Notes under the pieces: generated by a model
Databases searched by the model: none
Seen by the model: only the letters and a program-made list of their open reading frames with translations
What the model was told of the DNA's origin: nothing
Assembly: GCA_001777665.1 (NCBI GenBank)
Contig: MFEQ01000004.1
Coordinates: 64,679-128,678 of the forward strand
DNA from: Candidatus Doudnabacteria bacterium RIFCSPHIGHO2_02_FULL_42_25
GTDB lineage: Bacteria > Patescibacteriota > Doudnabacteria > UBA920 > O2-02-FULL-48-8
Length of the DNA: 64,000 nt
Direction of reading: 5' to 3'
Made by a program: the position numbers and the translations under genes
Shown: positions 36,155 through 45,408 of the stretch, one piece after another
Layout: every line of letters starts with the position of its first letter
How positions within the stretch are numbered: the stretch's first letter is position 1

Positions 36155-36454
36155 CTAGCCCCCTTCGTAGTAGACGCAAGGTAAATCGGTAAATGACGCG
36201 CGCCCTGTCCTGAAGTACTGGAATTCACGGTAGGACTCGAGTCGGCATTCGGGAAGCAATCGCGCCGGAGAACGATGAATCGCGCTTATGACCTCGTCTT
36301 CGAGATCCATGAGAAAAACTACAAGCCCCATGCATTCAGCGCCAATCGTATCGATGATCGTGACCTGATCCGCACCTATTTGCGTCAGTTCGTTGAGAAG
36401 TCCCGCTTTCGCCAGCGGGATCGAAATCGCCAGCTTGAAGTGCGTGACTTCCAT
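36155..36454 (-). CDS. small protein with P-II-like/ferredoxin-like fold pattern, GC-rich island
   Basis: AGAGGG SD; beta-alpha-beta pattern MEVTHFKLAISIPLAKAGLLNEL; family uncertain. Confidence 0.35.
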   Translation of the reverse strand: MEVTHFKLAISIPLAKAGLLNELTQIGADQVTIIDTIGAECMGLVVFLMDLEDEVISAIHRSPARLLPECRLESYREFQYFRTGRASFTDLPCVYYEGG

Positions 36455-36569
36455 GTGTATACCCTCTTGAAAGTTGAATTCGATAGTAAATAGTGTAGCT
36501 CAATTCTAAGGTTTCAACAAGGACTCTTGATTATTTTGCTATTTTTTGCTATAGTAATTTGGCTTTTTG

Positions 36570-36645
36570 GCCGTTGTAGCTCAGCTGGTAGAGCAACTCC
36601 ATGGTAAGGAGTAGGTCCGCGGTTCAATTCCGCGCAACGGCTCCA
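36570..36645 (+). tRNA. tRNA-Thr (anticodon GGU)
   Basis: Cloverleaf folded by hand: acceptor GCCGTTG/CAACGGC, anticodon loop ATGGTAA, TTCAATT T-loop, discriminator U, CCA encoded. Confidence 0.8.
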
Positions 36646-36791
36646 CGAGTCAACTAACCCTTAGGCCTCCGCGTATCCGACATCGTCGAATCCGCTCCGG
36701 CCTTCGGGATTACTGCCTCTCTCAAAACAAAATGTTATAACTAAATCTTAAAGTACATTTTGTTTTGTATTAACTCAAAAGAAAGGGATTC

Positions 36792-36947
36792 ATGTCACAA
36801 GATAATTTAATCAATTTGGAATGCACAGTTTGCCATCGGATCAACTACCATTCCAGAAAAAATAAAAAGCTGAATACTAACCGATTGGTTATTATTAAAT
36901 TTTGTAAGTGGGACAAGAAACGCACGGAACACAAAGAAACTAAGTAG
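36792..36947 (+). CDS. rpmG: 50S ribosomal protein L33
   Basis: 51 aa, CTVC...YHSRKNKK...LVIIKFCKWDKKRTEHKE pattern of L33; AAAGGGA SD; missed by 60-aa ORF cut-off. Confidence 0.75.
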   Translation: MSQDNLINLECTVCHRINYHSRKNKKLNTNRLVIIKFCKWDKKRTEHKETK

Positions 36948-36970
36948 CTTTTCCCGCCAGAAGCGGGCAT

Positions 36971-37044
36971 GGGGGCTTAGTACAATGGTAGTATCTTCCT
37001 CTCCAAAAGGAAAGATGTGGGTTCGATTCCTACAGCCCCTGCCA
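36971..37044 (+). tRNA. tRNA-Trp (anticodon CCA)
   Basis: Acceptor GGGGGCT/AGCCCCT, anticodon loop CTCCAAA, GTTCGATTC T-arm, CCA encoded. Confidence 0.8.
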
Positions 37045-37078
37045 AAAAAGGCCTGACATATGTCAGGCCTTTTTTGAT
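37045..37078 (+). terminator. terminator AGGCCTGACA-TA-TGTCAGGCCT + T6
   Basis: Perfect 10-bp stem followed by TTTTTT. Confidence 0.8.
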
Positions 37079-37083
37079 TTAAT

Positions 37084-37815
37084 TTATTTAGTTCTCACTA
37101 TTGGCAGGGTGAAGAAAAAGGTCGTTCCCTTCCCTAGCTGCGATTCAAACCAAATTTTGCCGCCAGAGCCTTCGATAAAAGCTTTGGCTATGTATAGACC
37201 CAAACCAGTACCCACTGACTCAACTTTCGAAACATTACTACCCCGGAAAAACTTTTCAAAGACATCTCCCGCCTGATCTTTTGGTATCCCTATTCCTGAA
37301 TCTGTAACTGAACAGACCAACATTGTTCGGTCTTCATCTTTAAATCTTAAATCAATCTTAACCTTTCCGTTGTCAGGAGTGTAGCTTACCGCATTCGCTA
37401 TAATATTATGGATTGCCTGTTTAATCTTTATCGGTTCAGTGCGAACGACTGGAAATGGTTCTTGTTCGACGGTGAAGCTGACATTTAAATTCTTTTGCTT
37501 GATCTCTTGCGCTTTGTCCATTAGCAACTGACGGATAATCACGACCATGTCGGTTGGTTGGAGATAAAGTTTGGTATCCCCTGACTCAATTCTGGAGACC
37601 TCCAATAGATCATTGACCAGGGCAATCATTCGTTCATTCAATGCATAAATTTTGAAAATAAAATCTTTTTGCTTTTTATTTAAAGTTCCAGTGTTGGGTT
37701 TTTGGAGTAGCTCCAACATCCACTTCATCCCTGACAATGGAGTACGCAATTGGTGCGATGTTAAATTTGCAAAATCAGCATTAATGCTGTTAAAATCTCT
37801 ATTTTTAGGTGGCAT
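37084..37815 (-). CDS. cytoplasmic sensor histidine kinase (HisKA + HATPase_c)
   Basis: H-box SHQLRTPLSGM, N/G1/G2 boxes. Confidence 0.75.
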   Translation of the reverse strand: MPPKNRDFNSINADFANLTSHQLRTPLSGMKWMLELLQKPNTGTLNKKQKDFIFKIYALNERMIALVNDLLEVSRIESGDTKLYLQPTDMVVIIRQLLMDKAQEIKQKNLNVSFTVEQEPFPVVRTEPIKIKQAIHNIIANAVSYTPDNGKVKIDLRFKDEDRTMLVCSVTDSGIGIPKDQAGDVFEKFFRGSNVSKVESVGTGLGLYIAKAFIEGSGGKIWFESQLGKGTTFFFTLPIVRTK

Positions 37816-39553
37816 TAACTTTTTCCTTGGCTATTGGCAATACACAATAAAAAGTTGACCCCTTACTAACTTCCGAAAATACCCCGACGCTCCCCCCGTG
37901 GGCTTCAGCAATTCCTTTGGAAATAACTAGTCCTAAGCCCGTTCCTTTTTTCTCCGAATGCGCTGATTCTTCGAGTTGGGTAAATTTGTTAAATAATTTA
38001 GAGAGTTGCTCCTCTGCAATCCCCACCCCGCTATCTGTAACACCAAGGATTAGAACATCTTCTTCAAACGTTTTGTCTTTTATACCAGGCCAAATCATTC
38101 CGAGACTACTCACTTTATTTAGAAAACTCTCCCCTTTTTTTACTGTCAAAGCCGAGACTATAATTTTCCCTTCTTTCGTAAATTTAATCGCATTTGATAA
38201 GAAATTATTTAACACCTGGGCAATTTTGTTTTCATCCAAAGAAAAAGTGGCTACGCCTGGTTCGACTTTCGATTCGAGTGTTAAATGATTTTCTTCAGCG
38301 AGCGAAACAAATGATTGGATACGAACCTTAATTACTTCTGGAATATTGGTATCCCTTCGTAGTATTTGAAGTTTCCCTGACTCCAATTTTGCGACGTCCA
38401 GTAAGTCATTCACCAAATCCAACATCGATGAGGAATTCGAAACGATTAATTCGATAAATTCTTGATATTTTTTCTGTTCGTTCTTTATTTTATCTTCACG
38501 GAGTAAGTTGGCAATCGATCGGATTCCAGTTAGAGGACTCCGCAATTCGTGAACCATCATCGAGGTAAAATCTTCGCGCATTTTTTCTATAGATTTTTCT
38601 TTAGTGATATCGTGGAATAGTACGACTGCTCCTAGCGGTTCGTTGGCTGCGTCTTTGACTGGACTGACTAAGACACGCAAAACTTTTTCGTCCAATTTCA
38701 ATTGCTCTTCCACTTCTAATTTATCCTTTCGTAAGCTCTCCTCGATTTTTGTCCTTAAATCCATTTTCGACGATAGTTTTCCTAAAATATCAAAAATCGA
38801 TGGTTGAGCTTTATCGATCCCCAACATTTTTTGCGCAGTCGGGTTGATCACCAATAATCTATTCCTAGTATCCACCATCAAAACTCCATCGGCCATGGAT
38901 TCAACCATGGAATTGAGTTTCCCCTTTTCCAAATTCAAAATATTTTCTAACTTCGAAACCGCAGTTGATGCTTGGTGCATGATTGTATAGAGCAGCATCA
39001 TTTCTTCTTCTTTGTACAATCCTGGTTTGTGCGATGAAACATTGAGTAACCCGACTGGTCGATTATTAATCACTACTGGAATATTGAAAAAAGATTGAAT
39101 CGTGGTTTTATTGGTTTCATCAGTAATTGTGCCGGAAATGCTTTCATCGACTTCGCTTTCTTTAACCTCTCTGTTCAGCAGCGCGGTCAGAGCCGCCAAC
39201 ATGCGTGATTCCACATCTTCAATAAATTTTTTGTTCACAGACTCTTCGACAATACAGTGAAAAATAATACGACCTTCATCGCTTAAAATCAAATACGAAA
39301 CCGTGGAATAATCCAGTAATTTGCGAAGTGACCCCGTCACGACATCAACGATTTTTTGGACATTTAACGAATACCCGATTCTCTCCCCTAACTCTTTCAA
39401 AATCGAAACTTCGTACATGCGCCGTTGCATTTCGTGTTCTTTGCCCAGCAAATTTTTGCGCATCCGTTTGTTTTCAATCCAAACAAAAATAAAGACAATC
39501 ACACTATAGATTGCCAACATAATAAACAGCTGACTGTTATTTAGAGTAACCAT
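37805..39553 (-). CDS. membrane sensor histidine kinase with GAF/PAS-like sensor
   Basis: N-terminal TM, H-box HELRSPLTGI, HATPase_c. Confidence 0.8.
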   Translation of the reverse strand: MVTLNNSQLFIMLAIYSVIVFIFVWIENKRMRKNLLGKEHEMQRRMYEVSILKELGERIGYSLNVQKIVDVVTGSLRKLLDYSTVSYLILSDEGRIIFHCIVEESVNKKFIEDVESRMLAALTALLNREVKESEVDESISGTITDETNKTTIQSFFNIPVVINNRPVGLLNVSSHKPGLYKEEEMMLLYTIMHQASTAVSKLENILNLEKGKLNSMVESMADGVLMVDTRNRLLVINPTAQKMLGIDKAQPSIFDILGKLSSKMDLRTKIEESLRKDKLEVEEQLKLDEKVLRVLVSPVKDAANEPLGAVVLFHDITKEKSIEKMREDFTSMMVHELRSPLTGIRSIANLLREDKIKNEQKKYQEFIELIVSNSSSMLDLVNDLLDVAKLESGKLQILRRDTNIPEVIKVRIQSFVSLAEENHLTLESKVEPGVATFSLDENKIAQVLNNFLSNAIKFTKEGKIIVSALTVKKGESFLNKVSSLGMIWPGIKDKTFEEDVLILGVTDSGVGIAEEQLSKLFNKFTQLEESAHSEKKGTGLGLVISKGIAEAHGGSVGVFSEVSKGSTFYCVLPIAKEKVNAT

Positions 39554-39572
39554 TTTGTTTTGCTACTACTAC

Positions 39573-39878
39573 CTACTGTTTGTTAACTGATCCCAGTTTT
39601 GAAAACGCTATCCCGAGTAAAACTAAACTCACTAAAATAAGCAGGTCTTGAAAAACTGAAGCTGTCAGAGAATGCTCGACAATTTTAAATTTCAAAAGCA
39701 CGTTTTCGATAGAAGCCACGGCAACCAACATCGTCGCCACCCCTATCAGACGAACTGCTTTGCCGATAATTCCGCCATAGAGTTTGGTGCTCATCATTAA
39801 ATTATAAAACACACCTATGATAATTATGGCTATCAGTGATTGAATTAAAATATTAGCTGTGGAATTAAATTCGTACAT
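39573..39878 (-). CDS. small membrane protein, unknown
   Basis: 101 aa, 3 TM. Confidence 0.4.
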   Translation of the reverse strand: MYEFNSTANILIQSLIAIIIIGVFYNLMMSTKLYGGIIGKAVRLIGVATMLVAVASIENVLLKFKIVEHSLTASVFQDLLILVSLVLLGIAFSKLGSVNKQ

Positions 39879-40131
39879 TGATTTCAGGATATTTCAGCAG
39901 GACCGGATTAAGAATATTTTTGACGATCTGACCTGACAGAGTTACGTATTCATTAATTAAATTTTGTAAAACCTCTTGAGGATCACCATCAATGCTTTCA
40001 ACTTTTCCACCCGAGCTCAAATTTAAACCCTTCACGTTTCTCGCCTTTAATAAAACAATATCCGGTCCTAAAATAATAGTTTGTTTGGCGATAATTTCGT
40101 CGATTAAATTTTGATAATTTTGTGTTTCCAT
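39865..40131 (-). CDS. hypothetical protein
   Basis: 88 aa, in two-component operon. Confidence 0.35.
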   Translation of the reverse strand: METQNYQNLIDEIIAKQTIILGPDIVLLKARNVKGLNLSSGGKVESIDGDPQEVLQNLINEYVTLSGQIVKNILNPVLLKYPEINVRI

Positions 40132-40140
40132 TTTTTGGGA

Positions 40141-40545
40141 CTAGACTCCCGTAGCTTCAGCTTTATTTCGATCAAGAACAGTTTTGATTTTGCTAACTAA
40201 TTCTTCTAAGCGATAGTTGGCTTTGACTAGATAATCCATGGCTCCGAGGGAGAGTGCGTCCGAAACTTTGTCGTAATCTGATAAATTGGTCAGGATGACT
40301 ACTGGAATATTTTTTGTCTGGTCATTTTCTTTCAATTGCTTAAGTGCTCCGATACCATCCAGTTTCGGCATAACTAAATCCAGTAAAATTAAATCAGGCA
40401 TTTCGGAGGCAGCTTTGGCTACCCCTTCTTCACCATCTTTGGCCCCGACAGCGTCAAATCCCTCTTGTTTTAGCTCTTCTGCTAAAGCAGTAAGCAAAAT
40501 TTCTTCGTCTTCGACTATTAAAATCTTAGTTTTTTTCTCATCCAT
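40141..40545 (-). CDS. single-domain response regulator (CheY-like receiver)
   Basis: KILIVEDEE...LILLDLVMPKLDG receiver motifs. Confidence 0.8.
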   Translation of the reverse strand: MDEKKTKILIVEDEEILLTALAEELKQEGFDAVGAKDGEEGVAKAASEMPDLILLDLVMPKLDGIGALKQLKENDQTKNIPVVILTNLSDYDKVSDALSLGAMDYLVKANYRLEELVSKIKTVLDRNKAEATGV

Positions 40546-40665
40546 ATAGTTTTATTTCACTTCTTTTGTGGTTAAATAACTTGGCATTATTATAGCATAA
40601 ACGGTCAAGAATCACTAATCTTGAGTAATTCAGCTAAATTTGCTAAAATTTCCAGGTACAACTCT

Positions 40666-40740
40666 GCCGAGATAGCTCAGTGGTAGAGCAACGCTTTTGT
40701 AAAGCGAAGGTCGGAGGTTCGAATCCTCTTCTCGGCTCCA
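40666..40740 (+). tRNA. tRNA-Thr (anticodon UGU)
   Basis: Acceptor GCCGAGA/TCTCGGC, anticodon loop TTTGTAA, discriminator U, CCA encoded. Confidence 0.75.
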
Positions 40741-40869
40741 GAGAATTAGTATAGTTACAAACAAAAATAGGGGCGCAGCGAAGCGAGCACGATTTTTGTT
40801 TGAGAGGAGCAACAGAGGACCGTAGCACAATTGCGAGGCAATTTGCGAAGTGTCCGATAGTTGCGACGA

Positions 40870-40956
40870 GGGCAGGTAGCGAAGTGGTCAAACGCGGCTG
40901 ACTGTAAATCAGCTGGCCTTGCGCCTTCACAGGTTCGAATCCTGTCCTGCCCACCA
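40870..40956 (+). tRNA. tRNA-Tyr (anticodon GUA), long variable arm
   Basis: Acceptor GGGCAGG/CCTGCCC, anticodon loop CTGTAAA, 15-nt variable arm, CCA encoded. Confidence 0.8.
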
Positions 40957-40990
40957 GAAAAAAACCGATTAATTGATCGGTTTTTTTCTT
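40957..40990. terminator. bidirectional terminator AACCGATTAATTGATCGGTT flanked by A7/T7
   Basis: Seen directly. Confidence 0.75.
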
Positions 40991-41029
40991 TTTTCCTATA
41001 ACCACTCACAGAAAAACTGCTGTGGAATT

Positions 41030-41878
41030 TCAAATTCTCAACCGCATCAACTTTTCACGGGCGGATTTATTTGTAGGTTCGTGAGACAATATTTGCTCCA
41101 ATACTTCTTCGGCACGGACACTATTCTCTAGTTTGATGTAAGCATCTGCCAGCAGAGTCATGTAATGAATATTGAGCTTATCCAAGTCCAGTGCTTGTGA
41201 AATTGCTTTGACTGCTTTGGTGTAATCATCCAGAGCCTCAAAGCACAAACCCAAATTTATCCATCTCGTCGGAATTTTATTGTTGATGCTTAGCGCTTTC
41301 TCGTACGCAATCTTCGCTTTCTGATATTCCTTGAGTGAATAATGTGACAAGCCGAGGTTGCTATAGTAAATATCTTTTGTCGGATCAAGTTTAATCAGAT
41401 ATTCATAAATCTGGACCGCATCTGCAAAGTTTTTATTCTGCAGATACAATCGGCCGAGTGCCGCGTAAGCTTCTTTGTCATTCGGATTGCGTTTGATCGC
41501 TTCCAGATATAGATCTTCGGGATTTTGTGTAGCCGTAGGCTTAATCGACAGCTCTGCGGCTTCTGGAAGCCACGCTGGTTCTACTTCCGAAGATCGAATT
41601 CGAATTCGAAAAGCACTTTTAACTTTTTCGTATTGGTTATGAATTGATTTGGTTGTCGAAGGCGTTAGATCTTTAGCTTCGAGAATAAAATGCCAAACTT
41701 TTCTAACGATCGCATTGATTTTCTGTTTGACATAAGGCCAAAGCTCGTGGTGATGATGTTCTGTGTTCAGACGCATCCGCACATGTGGGCGAGAGTTGAG
41801 CTGTCCGATTTTTACCAAAAATAAACTTATCGCCACCAGTACTGCGATCGATAAAATTATGATTGCCGCGATGATCAT
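41030..41878 (-). CDS. TPR-repeat protein with N-terminal TM
   Basis: Several TPR units (AYAALGRLYLQNKNFADAVQIYEYLIKLDP...). Confidence 0.65.
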   Translation of the reverse strand: MIIAAIIILSIAVLVAISLFLVKIGQLNSRPHVRMRLNTEHHHHELWPYVKQKINAIVRKVWHFILEAKDLTPSTTKSIHNQYEKVKSAFRIRIRSSEVEPAWLPEAAELSIKPTATQNPEDLYLEAIKRNPNDKEAYAALGRLYLQNKNFADAVQIYEYLIKLDPTKDIYYSNLGLSHYSLKEYQKAKIAYEKALSINNKIPTRWINLGLCFEALDDYTKAVKAISQALDLDKLNIHYMTLLADAYIKLENSVRAEEVLEQILSHEPTNKSAREKLMRLRI

Positions 41879-42466
41879 TTATTCTGATCCAAGCATAAAG
41901 CGAGTAAACCTTCGAACTTGGATGTTCTCGCCTAATTTACTGACTGATTCCGCAATCAAATCCTTGATTTTCTTTTCAGGCTCGCGGACATAGGGTTGAT
42001 CGAGCAAACAAACCATTTCATAGTATTTTTCCAGTTTACCGGCAATTATCTGGTCCTGCATCGCCACTGGTTTATCTTTGATTTGCTCACGATAAATGTT
42101 CTTTTCATTATCAGCAACCGCTTCGGGAACTTGGTCCCGACTGACATAGATCGGGGCGGCTGCAGCGATATGAAGAGCGATTTCTTGGGCCAGAGCCTGG
42201 AAAGCTTCGTTGCGTGCGACAAAATCTGTCTCGCAATTAAGTTCAATCAACACGCCGACTTTACCACCAGCGTGAATATAAGAAGCAACAATTCCTTCTT
42301 TGGTTGTTCGCTCTGATTTTTTAGCCAGAGAAGCATGACCTTTTTTACGAAGCAGCGCGACTGCTTCATCAAAGTTGCCAGCTTCAAGGAGAGCTTTTTT
42401 GGCATCCATCATACCAGCGCCTGTGGCTTCTCTTAACTTTTTTACATCTTCAGTTGAAATTTGCAT
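41879..42466 (-). CDS. tsf: elongation factor Ts (short form)
   Basis: N-terminal UBA-like LREATGAGMMDAKKAL, follows rpsB. Confidence 0.85.
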   Translation of the reverse strand: MQISTEDVKKLREATGAGMMDAKKALLEAGNFDEAVALLRKKGHASLAKKSERTTKEGIVASYIHAGGKVGVLIELNCETDFVARNEAFQALAQEIALHIAAAAPIYVSRDQVPEAVADNEKNIYREQIKDKPVAMQDQIIAGKLEKYYEMVCLLDQPYVREPEKKIKDLIAESVSKLGENIQVRRFTRFMLGSE

Positions 42467-42558
42467 GTTAATTTTTAATTCTGAATTTTGTATTTCGAAT
42501 AAAATTATTAAATTCTAATTTCGAAATTGAATCAAAATTCTTAATTCTTAATTCAAAA

Positions 42559-43290
42559 TTACTTTGCTATTGCAGCGTCTTCGGTTTGAGTCATCACAGC
42601 CTGCTGCATTTTGCTTTTACCTTCATTAATCGCTTCTGCCATGATGTTGGCCATGAAGCTGATAACTTTTATCGCATCGTCATTTGATGGGATTATATAA
42701 TCAACTTTGGTTGGATCCGAATTGGTATCGACGAGTCCGATAACTTTGACTTTGGACAATCGAGCTTCAGTCACTGGAATGTGGTCGTGCTTGGTATCGA
42801 GAACGAAAATAGCTTCCGGTAATTTCTTCATTTCTTTGATTCCAGAGAAGAAGGTTTTCATTTTCTCAATTTCGCGGGCTGTCATCAACTGTTCTTTTTT
42901 CGTATATTTCTTGATCTCACCAGTCTCAATCATTTTTTCCAAACGTTCCATTTTCTTGATTGTTTTCTGGATTGTACGGAAGTTCGTAAATGTACCACCT
43001 AACCAGCGTTCTACGACGTAAGGCATACCGCATGATTCCGCAGCTTTACGCACTTCATCTTTTGCCTGTCGTTTCGTTCCCACAAACAAAACAGTACCGC
43101 CCTTGGATGCAACTTCTGTTGCGAAGTTTACTGCATCCGACAGTTTGTTTTTGGTTTTTTCCAAATCCAAAATGTGGATGTTGTTGCGCTGGGTGTAAAT
43201 GTATTGCGCCATTTTTGGATTCCACAAAGAAGTTTTGTGGCCAAAATGAACCCCAGCTTTAAGCATCTCCATTAGTTCAATGGACTTCAT
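42559..43290 (-). CDS. rpsB: 30S ribosomal protein S2
   Basis: MLKAGVHFGHKTSLWNPKM signature. Confidence 0.9.
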   Translation of the reverse strand: MKSIELMEMLKAGVHFGHKTSLWNPKMAQYIYTQRNNIHILDLEKTKNKLSDAVNFATEVASKGGTVLFVGTKRQAKDEVRKAAESCGMPYVVERWLGGTFTNFRTIQKTIKKMERLEKMIETGEIKKYTKKEQLMTAREIEKMKTFFSGIKEMKKLPEAIFVLDTKHDHIPVTEARLSKVKVIGLVDTNSDPTKVDYIIPSNDDAIKVISFMANIMAEAINEGKSKMQQAVMTQTEDAAIAK

Positions 43291-43332
43291 GTAATATAAT
43301 CCTTTCTTCGGCTACTTTCGTCATTTGAGTTT

Positions 43333-43378
43333 GGGACCCAGCCCCAGTTAGTTCCCGCTAACTTGGGGCTGGGCAGGA
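43333..43378. repeat. long GC-rich hairpin CCCAGCCCCAGTTAG-TTCCCG-CTAACTTGGGGCTGGG
   Basis: 15-bp stem with one bulge, in rpsB upstream region. Confidence 0.6.
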
Positions 43379-43569
43379 CCAAAACCATCAAAAAGTATGA
43401 ATATTAATTGCCCAAAGAGTTTAACATATATAGCTTGTCTTGGCAACCCGTCTGCTTTGGAAAAACCAATATTAAGCATTATATATACACATTAAAATTG
43501 CTACGTATTTTATACAAATGTACAAAATAGAGTACAAAAAAAGAAGCCTTCGAGATTGCCTCGTAGGCG

Positions 43570-43773
43570 TTAACGCTTCGTGTAGGGTACGATACATCCA
43601 ATCGCGCCCAACAACAGTGCTAGAAAGACCAATCCAAGGATTAAGATTGACCCTGCATCGCCCACATACGGAACGAGTTTCGCCTCAAGTGGCGAAACGC
43701 TTTGCGAAGGTCCAGTGAAGTAAAGAAGCACTCCGGCAAGTCCCAGTAAAGTCCAACCAATCGTTTTCCTCAT
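43570..43773 (-). CDS. small membrane protein (2 TM), unknown
   Basis: AGGAAGAGGAGA SD directly upstream. Confidence 0.45.
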   Translation of the reverse strand: MRKTIGWTLLGLAGVLLYFTGPSQSVSPLEAKLVPYVGDAGSILILGLVFLALLLGAIGCIVPYTKR

Positions 43774-43928
43774 GATCTCCTCTTCCTAATTTTCCGTTGA
43801 CTTCTTCTCTTCATCGACATCTGAATCCCGAAGACGAAAGAGAAGACGAATGCCGCTAGCAGTATAAAAATAGTCCAACTGTCCAACTCGTATCCCCCTT
43901 TCGATTTTACACCACATACTACCCTGTC

Positions 43929-43957
43929 TTGACGAACGTGTCAATCTATGCTAATAT
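43929..43957 (+). promoter_or_regulatory. sigma70-type promoter for rpmE (TTGACG -17- TGcTAATAT)
   Basis: Consensus -35, 17-nt spacer, extended -10; ATG 10 nt downstream. Confidence 0.6.
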
Positions 43958-43966
43958 TTCGGAGAT

Positions 43967-44215
43967 ATGAAGAACGAGATTCACCCACAATATTTCACAG
44001 CTGCTAAGGTTGTTTGTGCATGTGGCAACTCCTTTATTACGGGCTCTACCCAACAAGAGCTCCATGTTGAAATTTGTTACAACTGCCATCCTTTCTATAC
44101 TGGTAAACAAAACCTGATCGATACTTCAGGTACCATTGATAGATTCAAAAAACGTTCATCTAAAGCTGCTGAACTCAAGTCCAAACGGATTACGAAAAAA
44201 TTAGCTAAAGCTTAA
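43967..44215 (+). CDS. rpmE: 50S ribosomal protein L31
   Basis: MKNEIHPQY...CxxC...[12 protein letters not shown]. Confidence 0.9.
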   Translation: MKNEIHPQYFTAAKVVCACGNSFITGSTQQELHVEICYNCHPFYTGKQNLIDTSGTIDRFKKRSSKAAELKSKRITKKLAKA

Positions 44216-44226
44216 CCACTCCAAAG

Positions 44227-44263
44227 ACACGCCATCTAAGAAACATCTTTAGGCGTGTTTTTA
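44227..44263 (+). terminator. rpmE terminator ACACGCC-loop-GGCGTGT + T5
   Basis: Seen directly. Confidence 0.6.
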
Positions 44264-44269
44264 AATTAT

Positions 44270-45340
44270 ATGGGACTGAATTACTCTGCAATCAAAAAAG
44301 AATACGAACAGATAAGTGAGAAGCTCTCTCAAACTACTGATTCGCAAGAACTGGCTAAACTTGGCAAACGCCAGCGAGAACTTTTGCCTATGGTTACAGA
44401 TATCGAAAAATTGGAGAACGTAGAGAGAGAAATTCTTGAACACGAAAAAATGATTGCAGATAAATCTGAATTAGCCGAAGTGGCCGCGACTGAACTCCCC
44501 GCGCTCAAATCCGAACAAGAAAAGCTTTTGGAACAGCTCAAAATCGCGATGTTACCGAAAGATCCTTATGATGAGAAAAATATTATTATTGAAATTAGAG
44601 CGGGAGCTGGTGGTGACGAGTCTGGCTTGTTTGCTGCAGAACTATTTCGTATGTACTCCAAATACGCAGAAAAGCTTGGATACAAAGTTCACATTCTTAC
44701 CACGAATCGCACATCCATTGGCGGCTACAAAGAAGTAATTTTTGAAATTGTTGGTCCGCCAACTGGCGGAGGTGCTTATTCCAAATTCAAATACGAGTCA
44801 GGAGTACACCGGGTACAAAGAGTCCCTGAAACTGAAAAATCAGGACGTGTGCATACTTCCACTGTGACCGTCGCGGTCATGCCGGAAATTGAAGAAGTTG
44901 ATTTTAAAATCGATCCAAAAGACTTAAAATTTGAAGCGACCACCTCTTCTGGTCATGGGGGTCAATCCGTAAACACTACCTATTCTGCTGCGAGAATCAC
45001 CCACATCCCCACCGGGATCATGGTCATCATTCAAGACGAACGGTCTTTATCCCAAAACAAAGAAAAAGCCATGAATGTTATGCGCGCGCGGTTGCTGGCC
45101 ATCGAAGAAGAGCGAAAGCGGAAAGAGTTAAGCGATAAACGTAAATCCCAAATCGGTACGGGCGATCGTTCTGAAAAAATCCGAACATATAATTTTCCTC
45201 AAGATCGAATTACAGATCATCGAATCAATACGAATTGGAATCAAATCGGTTTGATTATGGATGGCAACATGGGGCAAATCACAGACGCCATGATCGCCGA
45301 AGATCAAAAAAGACAACTGGAGAAAGCGTCGAGCGTTTAA
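44270..45340 (+). CDS. prfA: peptide chain release factor 1
   Basis: GGQ motif [20 protein letters not shown]; RF1-type RVQRVPET(PxT)-region; start set to ATG 44270 (the track's GTG 44255 lies inside the rpmE terminator). Confidence 0.85.
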   Translation: MGLNYSAIKKEYEQISEKLSQTTDSQELAKLGKRQRELLPMVTDIEKLENVEREILEHEKMIADKSELAEVAATELPALKSEQEKLLEQLKIAMLPKDPYDEKNIIIEIRAGAGGDESGLFAAELFRMYSKYAEKLGYKVHILTTNRTSIGGYKEVIFEIVGPPTGGGAYSKFKYESGVHRVQRVPETEKSGRVHTSTVTVAVMPEIEEVDFKIDPKDLKFEATTSSGHGGQSVNTTYSAARITHIPTGIMVIIQDERSLSQNKEKAMNVMRARLLAIEEERKRKELSDKRKSQIGTGDRSEKIRTYNFPQDRITDHRINTNWNQIGLIMDGNMGQITDAMIAEDQKRQLEKASSV

Positions 45341-45408
45341 CGTCAGTGCCGCGCGTATCGGTTAACGTCTGACGATACGCGTTGCGCAGACGAATAACCC
45401 TAACCGTC

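Noticed and set aside
40630-41033. Three overlapping minus-strand ORFs (66, 120 and 92 aa) spanning the tRNA region
   Set aside because: They overlap tRNA-Thr(UGU) and tRNA-Tyr and their terminator, and the sequence is low-complexity.
44255-44269. GTG 44255 as prfA start
   Set aside because: It lies inside the 3' arm of the rpmE terminator hairpin. ATG 44270 gives a normal RF1 N-terminus.
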